A DNA stretch of 63,936 nucleotides, filler included, from an uncultured bacterium (GTDB taxonomy: Bacteria; DAOPZR01): the NCBI GenBank assembly GCA_964637655.1. It is 6 parts of 6 records of this genome, joined end to end, with 100 filler letters (N's around TTAATTAATTAA, not from the genome) between each part and the next. Parts side by side here need not be neighbours in the genome. Positions count along the whole stretch, not along the records: positions 58,036 to 63,936 come from CAZWUZ010000237.1; 5 more parts are not named here. One strand, written 5' to 3'. The notes beneath the pieces were generated by a model that worked only from the letters and a program-made list of their open reading frames with translations, had not been told where the DNA came from and did not search any database. Below are positions 58,036 through 63,936 of the stretch, piece by piece; the stretch's first letter is position 1, and each line of letters opens with the position of its first letter. Position numbers and translations under genes: made by a program.

Positions 58036-59035
58036 CGCAGGAAAGAACGCGGAAAAGGAGTTTCAGCGTGGCAGGCAGCGCATGGGCGGTGCCCGCGGCG
58101 CGGGTAACCGGCGTGAGGCCAAGGATGAGCAGACGATCGGCACAGGCGGCAAAAGCTGCCGCGTCGGGCGCCGGCGCGGCGGGCATGGCGGCGGAGCGGC
58201 GGATAAGCTGCATCAGTTCGCTCATGCCGTGCGCAAGCCGGGCGCGCACCTCGCGCGGAGTCAGGTCGAAGGTGCGTGCCATGCGGGCGGTGGAAGCGCC
58301 TTCAAAGAGATACTCGCGGCAGACGGCGCGCAGCGAGTCGTCGGCAAGGCGCTCGAGGTCCGCATGGCGCACGCGGAACGCCTCGGGATCGTCGGCGAGC
58401 AGGTCGAGCGCGGCGGGATCGAAACCGTGGCGGACCAGCGCGGCCCGGACATCGTCAACCGCGCGCATGAAATCGCTGCGCAGCGTCGCCACCTTGCGCC
58501 CGGTGGTGTCGCTGATCTCGGTATATTCCTTCCCGGCACAGAGACGGTCGAAAAAGAGGGCGCAGACATCGGGCTCCATCTCGCGCAGCGCATCGTAGAT
58601 GGTGTTGCAGACGGCGCTGATCATCTGCTGCGCTTCCTGCGTCGGCGGCAGCGCGGCATGATCGAAGGTGTCGTCGTCGGCGCAGAGGAGCTCGGGACTG
58701 TCGACCGGGGGCGGAGTGTCGGTTGCGTCAGTCTGCCGCGTCCCCTTGCCGGCGAAATAGTCAACGCGCATCTTGCGCGCCTTCCAGCCCAGCCAGGTGA
58801 GCAGTCCCGCGCGCGTGCGGTCGTACTGATGCCCGTTGCGGTGCAGATGGATATGCAGCTCCTGCAGCATGTCCTCGCGGTCATGCTCATGGGTGATCCC
58901 CAGCTTGTAGAGCAGGGCGTTGAGCTTGCCGATGAACGGATGGTCGGTAAGCAGAACGTGCAGGGCGCGTTCGTCCTTGTGGTGGCGGTAGCGGTCGAAG
59001 AGGTCTTCGGCGCTCAGTGCGGCATATTCTGACAT
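58036..59035 (-). CDS. ECF-type sigma70 factor with C-terminal extension, 3'-truncated
   Basis: Region 2 EDMLQE...TWL...ARKMRVDYF; region 4 GKEYTEISDTTGRKVATLRS..MRA; second HTH EGASTARMARTFDLTPREVRARL; AAGGAGG RBS. Confidence 0.85.
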
Positions 59036-59056
59036 GCGTCCCCTCCTTTACCCCGT

Positions 59057-59085
59057 TATACCGCACGAATCGGCTGCGCGTTGCA
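59057..59085 (-). promoter_or_regulatory. Candidate ECF promoter, copy 1 (autoregulatory)
   Basis: TGCAACG-N17-GTATA, 21 nt upstream of sigma ATG. Confidence 0.7.
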
Positions 59086-59162
59086 CGGCGCCATTATACA
59101 CCATCTGCCGCAGCGGCGACAGCACGTCCTATCAGTATATATCGCAACGGGTAATGACGCAT

Positions 59163-59191
59163 TGCAACGTCGGGCGGCGGCGGCGGGTATA
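59163..59191 (+). promoter_or_regulatory. Candidate ECF promoter, copy 2
   Basis: TGCAACG-N17-GTATA, 30 nt upstream of AAA ATPase ATG. Confidence 0.7.
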
Positions 59192-59221
59192 TCAGATTGC
59201 CAGCGATACAGGAGGGGAAGC

Positions 59222-60640
59222 ATGGAAACTCAGCAGGTTGTTCGGGAAGCGGGCACATTCTTCGAGGCGTATTTCGCGCTGTGTGCCGACTACACGCGGC
59301 GGCATCGGCTGCTGGAGCGGGAAACGCGCGGGCGCAACGATGAGAAGGAAGGCGCGGCGGCGGCGGAGTTGCAGCGTTCGCTGCTGGCCCGTGAAGCGGC
59401 GTTCTGGCAGGAGTATGGCGACAGCGAGGGAGGACAGCGTTTTGCCGCCTATGCCGCGCATTTCGGGCTGGATCGTTTTGCGCAGCGGGTCGTGCTCTAT
59501 CTGCTCTATCACGAGATCGCCAACGGCGACCGACTGGAAATGTCACCGCGGCAACTGGCGGAACTGTTCGCCGATTCGGCCCGCCTGGTCGATCGCATCG
59601 CGCTGGTGCGGCGCTTCGCGCGTGACGGCATGCTGGTGCAGCGCGGTATCCTGCGTCGCGACGAGGAGTGCGACATGCGCCCGGCGCGTATCGCCAGCCG
59701 CAGCGACATGACGCTGCGATCGCAGCACAGCAGCATCCTGACGCAACTGGCGGCAGGCGAGACGGTGCACTTTGCCGAACTCCCCGCGGCGGTGACGCTG
59801 GAACAGGAACTGACCGGGGGCACTGCCGATCGGGTCGGGTCGGTGCTGCAGCCGGCAACGACGTTTGACGATGTGGTGCTGACGCCGGTTGCGCGCGAGC
59901 GGCTGGAACTCTTCCTCGGGCAGTTCCGGGACCGGACGCTGGAAAAATTCGGGGTGGCACAGCATATCCGCCACAGCACGGGGCTGACGCTGCTCTTCTA
60001 CGGACCGCCGGGCACGGGCAAGTCGATGCTGGCGGAGGCGGTGGGGAGCTATCTCGGACGCGACGTGCTGCAGGTGGAGATCCCCAAGATCATCAACCGC
60101 TGGGTGGGGGAGACGGACAAGCAGATCGACCGAGCCTTCGCCGCAGCCAAGGCAAGCAACGCGGTGCTGCTGTTTGACGAGGCGGATTCGCTGCTGCTGC
60201 GGCGCGATTCGCTCGCCCAGGATTTTGAGATCCGGTTCGTCAACGACATGCTGGCGGCACTCGAGAAGCACGACGGTGTGGTGGTGCTGACGACGAATAT
60301 GGACACGCTGCTCGATCCGGCGGTGGAGCGGCGCCTCGACATGAAGCTCAGGTTCGAACCGCCGCCGGCGGAGTTGCGCGCGGCAATCTGGCGCAAGACG
60401 GTGCCGCCGTCGGTCGCGGCGGCTGACGATATCGACTACCTGCGTCTGGCGCGCGAGTATGTGTACAGCGGCGGGTATATCCGCAATGCGGTGCTGACCG
60501 CTCTCCGGCATATGGCGGGTGACAGGCGCGAGGTGCTGACCATGGCGGATATGCTGTTCGGCGCGGAATTCGAACGCGACGGACTGTTTGTCAAGGAAAA
60601 TCGCGCGGTGCAGGTGGCGGGATTTACCGCGCAATGCTGA
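59222..60640 (+). CDS. AAA+ ATPase with N-terminal helical/wHTH-like region
   Basis: GPPGTGKS, WVGET, LLFDEAD, LTTN, LDPAVERR; GGAGG RBS. Confidence 0.9.
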   Translation: METQQVVREAGTFFEAYFALCADYTRRHRLLERETRGRNDEKEGAAAAELQRSLLAREAAFWQEYGDSEGGQRFAAYAAHFGLDRFAQRVVLYLLYHEIANGDRLEMSPRQLAELFADSARLVDRIALVRRFARDGMLVQRGILRRDEECDMRPARIASRSDMTLRSQHSSILTQLAAGETVHFAELPAAVTLEQELTGGTADRVGSVLQPATTFDDVVLTPVARERLELFLGQFRDRTLEKFGVAQHIRHSTGLTLLFYGPPGTGKSMLAEAVGSYLGRDVLQVEIPKIINRWVGETDKQIDRAFAAAKASNAVLLFDEADSLLLRRDSLAQDFEIRFVNDMLAALEKHDGVVVLTTNMDTLLDPAVERRLDMKLRFEPPPAELRAAIWRKTVPPSVAAADDIDYLRLAREYVYSGGYIRNAVLTALRHMAGDRREVLTMADMLFGAEFERDGLFVKENRAVQVAGFTAQC

Positions 60641-60653
60641 ACAGGAGGAGAAC

Positions 60654-61286
60654 ATGCGGATACTGAAAGTGCAGGGAAACGGCACGGCGAGCGCCGAGCC
60701 GGACCTGGTGACGCTGCGGTTCAGCGTCGATCACACCGACCGGGAATACGCGCAGGCGGTGGCGGGCCTGAACCGGAAAACGGCGGCGCTGCGCGACGGC
60801 CTGGAAGAAGTCGGGCTCGGGCGGGAGGCGGTGCGAACGGAGAATTTCTCGGTTGACAGCGTGACCGAGCGCGTGCAGGAGCGGTATGTCTTTGCCGGCT
60901 ATCGTGCCGCGCACGCGCTGCAGATCGAGGTGCCAATGGATACGCAGCTGCTCAACCGCGTGCTGCGCAGCGTGGCGAGCGGACGCAGCGGAGCGAATAT
61001 CAGCCTGCACTTCTCCGTGCAGGATCGCGCGGCGCTGCGGCGGCGGGCGCTGGCGGCGGCGGTCAGTGCGGCGCAGGAAAACGCGACGGTGCTGGCCGCG
61101 GCGGCGGGTATCAGGCTGGGCGACGTGCAGCAGATCGACTACGGCTGGAGCGAAGTGCGCTTTCGGGAAGATGATATCCGCATTGCCTGCTGCAAGGAGA
61201 CGGAGGAAATGCGCGGTCCCGACATTATGCCGGGCGAGGTGAGCGCACAGGAAAGCGTTACGCTGGTCTACGCGCTTACTGCCTGA
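60654..61286 (+). CDS. SIMPL (DUF541) domain protein, no signal peptide
   Basis: LKVQGNG...EPD, AV..A..NA..LA.AAG..LG, V.LVY. Confidence 0.85.
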   Translation: MRILKVQGNGTASAEPDLVTLRFSVDHTDREYAQAVAGLNRKTAALRDGLEEVGLGREAVRTENFSVDSVTERVQERYVFAGYRAAHALQIEVPMDTQLLNRVLRSVASGRSGANISLHFSVQDRAALRRRALAAAVSAAQENATVLAAAAGIRLGDVQQIDYGWSEVRFREDDIRIACCKETEEMRGPDIMPGEVSAQESVTLVYALTA

Positions 61287-61341
61287 GGCGCACTTGACGG
61301 CGGCGGGCGGGAGAGGGATACTTGCCGCGGGACGGGGGAAT

Positions 61342-62241
61342 ATGAAGATTTTTCTCGACAGCGAACGCGACGCACCCGAGGGGTGGATGGCGGTGCGATG
61401 GCCCGAGGAGGTCATCCTGCTGCTCGCCACCGGAGAAGTGACAGATCTTTCTTTCGGGCACGAGTTCGGACGCGGTTTGCGCGGCACACCGGAACAGGTG
61501 CTCGACTGGCTGGCAGAAGCCGTCACGAAACGCGGCTTCACTCTGCCGACACTGGCGGTGCACACGACCAATTCAACAGCGAAAGCGAAACTCGAGGCGC
61601 GTTGCGCGCAGGTGCGGCAGCTGACCCCGGGCGCGCCGCTGCCTGCAGCAGAAAAAAAGGAAGGGGCCGCGAAGAAGCCGCGCCCGATGCCGCCCCCCAC
61701 CGGCCTGTCGATGATCGTGCCGCACCCGGAAACAGTGTGCGAGTCGTTTCGTGCCCATGCGGAGGAACGCATCGCCAAGTTCCCGCTCGACGAGCAGCAG
61801 CTCGCCGCCTACCGCGAGGCGGTGGCGTGGAGCGAGGAGATGTTCCGCAAGTACTGGTTCTATCGCCTCGGCACCAACTACGGGTCAGAGGCGCCGAGCC
61901 GGATGAATGACGGGTTCATGATCGGGCGCGGCTGGCGGGTTATTGTCGAGCAGCTGTCGCAGCGTTTGCAGCAGCAGCTGGGCGAGCCGCAGCAGGCGGC
62001 GGTGCTGCTCGAGGTGGTTTCGGTGCGCGAGAAGGCGGGACGTCTCCTGTTTTTCTACCGTCTCTACAACCGCTTTGCTGATGCGGATGCCTATGACCGC
62101 GTGGCGCTGACCGTGCGCGCGCTGGTTGATGCCGCAGTCGATGCCTCGACGAAGTTCTGCGAGCAGTGCGGCCAGCGCGGTGCATCCATCGAGCAGAACG
62201 GCACTGTCGCCACGCTCTGTCCCGTCTGCACTACCAGATAA
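61342..62241 (+). CDS. Cyclic-phosphate-processing receiver-like domain fused to Zn-ribbon-containing domain
   Basis: MKIFLDSERDAPEGW..VRWPEE; C-terminal GW...VREKAGRL.FFY...CEQCG...LCPVC; TTGACG-17-GATACT upstream. Confidence 0.7.
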   Translation: MKIFLDSERDAPEGWMAVRWPEEVILLLATGEVTDLSFGHEFGRGLRGTPEQVLDWLAEAVTKRGFTLPTLAVHTTNSTAKAKLEARCAQVRQLTPGAPLPAAEKKEGAAKKPRPMPPPTGLSMIVPHPETVCESFRAHAEERIAKFPLDEQQLAAYREAVAWSEEMFRKYWFYRLGTNYGSEAPSRMNDGFMIGRGWRVIVEQLSQRLQQQLGEPQQAAVLLEVVSVREKAGRLLFFYRLYNRFADADAYDRVALTVRALVDAAVDASTKFCEQCGQRGASIEQNGTVATLCPVCTTR

Positions 62242-62264
62242 TCAGGGGAAAATCGTCAGATTTA

Positions 62265-62462
62265 TCAGCGTCGGGAAAGCAGTGAATTGATCCGCTTGCG
62301 GCCTGCCACGCGGCTGCGGGAGCCTTCCTTTACGGCATTTGCCAGCGCGGTATCCTCGATTGCTTCGCAGAGCAGGAAAGAAACCACGTCCTTTCTCCGC
62401 GCGAATGTTTCGCGGACGACGTTCTCAACCAGTGAACGCAATTTCCTTGATCTTTTAGCCAT
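62265..62462 (-). CDS. Small protein, antitoxin-like
   Basis: EAIED.AL..AVKEG pattern; GGAGG RBS. Confidence 0.5.
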   Translation of the reverse strand: MAKRSRKLRSLVENVVRETFARRKDVVSFLLCEAIEDTALANAVKEGSRSRVAGRKRINSLLSRR

Positions 62463-62503
62463 GCCTGCCTCCCTGAGGTCATTTATATACCATACAATGA
62501 CTG

Positions 62504-62542
62504 TTGACGCGGGGTGTGGAGCGTGCTATACTATGCATAGTA
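62504..62542 (+). promoter_or_regulatory. TA promoter with operator palindrome
   Basis: TTGACG-17-TATACT; perfect palindrome TACTATGCATAGTA at 62529-62542. Confidence 0.75.
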
Positions 62543-62566
62543 GGAGTATACATATAGGAGGTTACG

Positions 62567-62803
62567 GTGAAGGCCAGTGTGGTTGATTTGCGTTATCGGA
62601 TGCGTGATGTACTCAAGGCATTGGCGCGCAATGAGCCGGTGAGTGTGCTCTGCCACGGAAAAGTGGCGGGCGTCATTATGCCCGCGGGAAACGGGACAAA
62701 GGCACGCGTGACCGACCACCCGTTTTTCGGCAGTCGCAAGGGGGGGGCGTCTCCTGCTGCGATTGTGGCCAGACTGCGCGGGGGGCGCTACCGTGCTGTT
62801 TGA
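62567..62803 (+). CDS. Phd/YefM-family antitoxin
   Basis: DLR..M.DVLKAL..NEPV.V..HGK..GVI.P; overlaps PIN toxin. Confidence 0.85.
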   Translation: MKASVVDLRYRMRDVLKALARNEPVSVLCHGKVAGVIMPAGNGTKARVTDHPFFGSRKGGASPAAIVARLRGGRYRAV

Positions 62804-63173
62804 TACAGATATCCTCATATGGGTACAGCGTGGGAATGCCGCCGCCGCCCGCCTGATTGAAAATGATGAACAGAGGATGCTCTCGCTGCAATCCTACCTG
62901 GAATTGTTGCAGTGCGCGGAAAACCGCCGGCAGCTTCTGCATACCCGGCAATTCATCAAGGACTATGCGTTTCAGGTCCTGCCGCTGACGGAAAACATCG
63001 GACATCGGGCAGCAGTATACGTCGAGGAATATACTGTGTCGCATGGCTTGCGGGCCGGCGATGCTATTGTGGCGGCGACGGCGGCAGAACACGGACTAGT
63101 GTTGTGTACCTCAAACTACCGTCATTTCCGCGCCATCAGGGAATTGACCATCCGGGCATTCAAACCACAGTAG
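62793..63173 (+). CDS. vapC: VapC PIN-domain toxin
   Basis: LFDTDILI, ELL, DAIVAATA, TSNYRHF. Confidence 0.92.
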   Translation: MLFDTDILIWVQRGNAAAARLIENDEQRMLSLQSYLELLQCAENRRQLLHTRQFIKDYAFQVLPLTENIGHRAAVYVEEYTVSHGLRAGDAIVAATAAEHGLVLCTSNYRHFRAIRELTIRAFKPQ

Positions 63174-63248
63174 CACGCGTATTGGCGGGCAAACGGTCAA
63201 CCGGGATGGGGCACTAGTTGACGGAGCACCACGTAAAAACGGGAAAAG

Positions 63249-63611
63249 GTGCTCTTCCATCTGCAGGCCTGCGGCGAGGGGGATGCCAGCGGCATGGCGG
63301 CGGTGTTAGGGGGGCGGCTGACGGGCATCCAGCAGCAGCTGCGCCGGCTGGAAGAGGGCGGCATCGTGGTCAGTCGTCTGGTCGGCAGGACACGCCTCTA
63401 CCAGTTCAATCCGCGCTGTCATTACCTGGCGGAACTGCAGCAACTGCTGGAGCGCGCGCTGCAGGCGCTGCCGAAGGCGGAGTTTGAGCGCTATTACCGC
63501 CGCCGTACCGCTCCCGCGAGGCGCGGGAAAGCCGTGAAGCGCGACAACGACCGGCGTCAGCTGACGCTGGCGGAACCAGCCGGGCGTATCAGTTTCCGCG
63601 TGGCGCCATAG
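63249..63611 (+). CDS. Winged-helix DNA-binding protein, N-terminus possibly decayed
   Basis: IQQQLRRLEEGGIVVSRLVGRTRLYQFNPR; weak start. Confidence 0.6.
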   Translation: MLFHLQACGEGDASGMAAVLGGRLTGIQQQLRRLEEGGIVVSRLVGRTRLYQFNPRCHYLAELQQLLERALQALPKAEFERYYRRRTAPARRGKAVKRDNDRRQLTLAEPAGRISFRVAP

Positions 63612-63735
63612 TCCAGTACGAACCCACTACTGTCCCAACGTTGTTGACCTGCCTTTGTATAACACCTTAGTATCTTAGCGAAAGCAACGAATAACAGATT
63701 CTTTGATTGGAAATCAATGCTACTTCACTATGTAC

Positions 63736-63764
63736 TGCAACGTCATTCACGATACCTGCGTATA
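63736..63764 (+). promoter_or_regulatory. Candidate ECF promoter, copy 3
   Basis: TGCAACG-N17-GTATA upstream of ORF at 63879. Confidence 0.65.
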
Positions 63765-63878
63765 TACCAGCAGTGCGGGGAACCGCACTTCTTCCCATCG
63801 CCGGACGGGCGGGCGTTGCCCGTCTGTCCGGCACCTTAGGGATCCCCCTGCGCGGGCGGGAGGGGCATGGAGGCAGCA

Positions 63879-63936
63879 ATGGCGAAACTGAAATTCAAGG
63901 CGATCAAACTGCCGCAGAACGTGAAGGGGAAACTCT
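63879..63936 (+). CDS. 5' end of unknown gene (MAKLKFKAIKLPQNVKGKL...)
   Basis: GGAGG RBS, ATG, open to window end. Confidence 0.55.
   Translation, partial: MAKLKFKAIKLPQNVKGKL

Noticed and set aside
48961-60640. Prophage or contractile injection system from tail-collar genes plus AAA ATPase
   Set aside because: No sheath, tube, baseplate, capsid or integrase genes; the two are on different contigs

Overview
The window is six unrelated contig fragments from a GC-rich bacterium, probably diderm (it has TolC). They are joined by artificial 100-nt N/TTAATTAATTAA/N linkers at 11602, 23294, 34974, 46475 and 57936. The internal contigs run in decreasing length (11592, 11580, 11401, 11361 nt), as in a MAG or draft, so gene neighbourhood is only meaningful within a fragment. 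A (1-11601): creD operon, nudC, xdhAB and an acetyl-CoA synthetase fused to a STAS domain. B: NtrC-type regulator, sensor kinase, TetR plus a YbhGFSR-like efflux pump and TolC. C: priA, an AglB/STT3-like protein, and a dlt-like acyl-transfer operon (ACP, FAAL-type ligase, MBOAT, an unannotated 54-aa DltX-like peptide ending FTYMDF, and an SGNH protein with Cys in place of the catalytic Ser). D: PLP enzyme, metX, two Maf/DUF115 genes, PPi-PFK, tRNA-Thr(GGT), nitroreductase, a MITE-like element, rluD and hicB. E: dapB-dapL-folK-dNK-murI, then an EF-Tu paralogue with an apparent Sec signal peptide and broken switch motifs, followed by three signal-peptide-bearing tail-collar proteins. F: an ECF sigma factor with a second sigma4-like HTH, a likely promoter motif (TGCAACG-N17-GTATA) found three times, an AAA ATPase, SIMPL, a degenerate cyclic-phosphate receiver fusion and TA genes. 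The best candidates for new biology are the exported pseudo-EF-Tu/tail-collar module, the ECF regulon, the FAAL/DltX-type acylation system and the STAS-ACS fusion. All calls rest on motifs read by eye; no searches were run.
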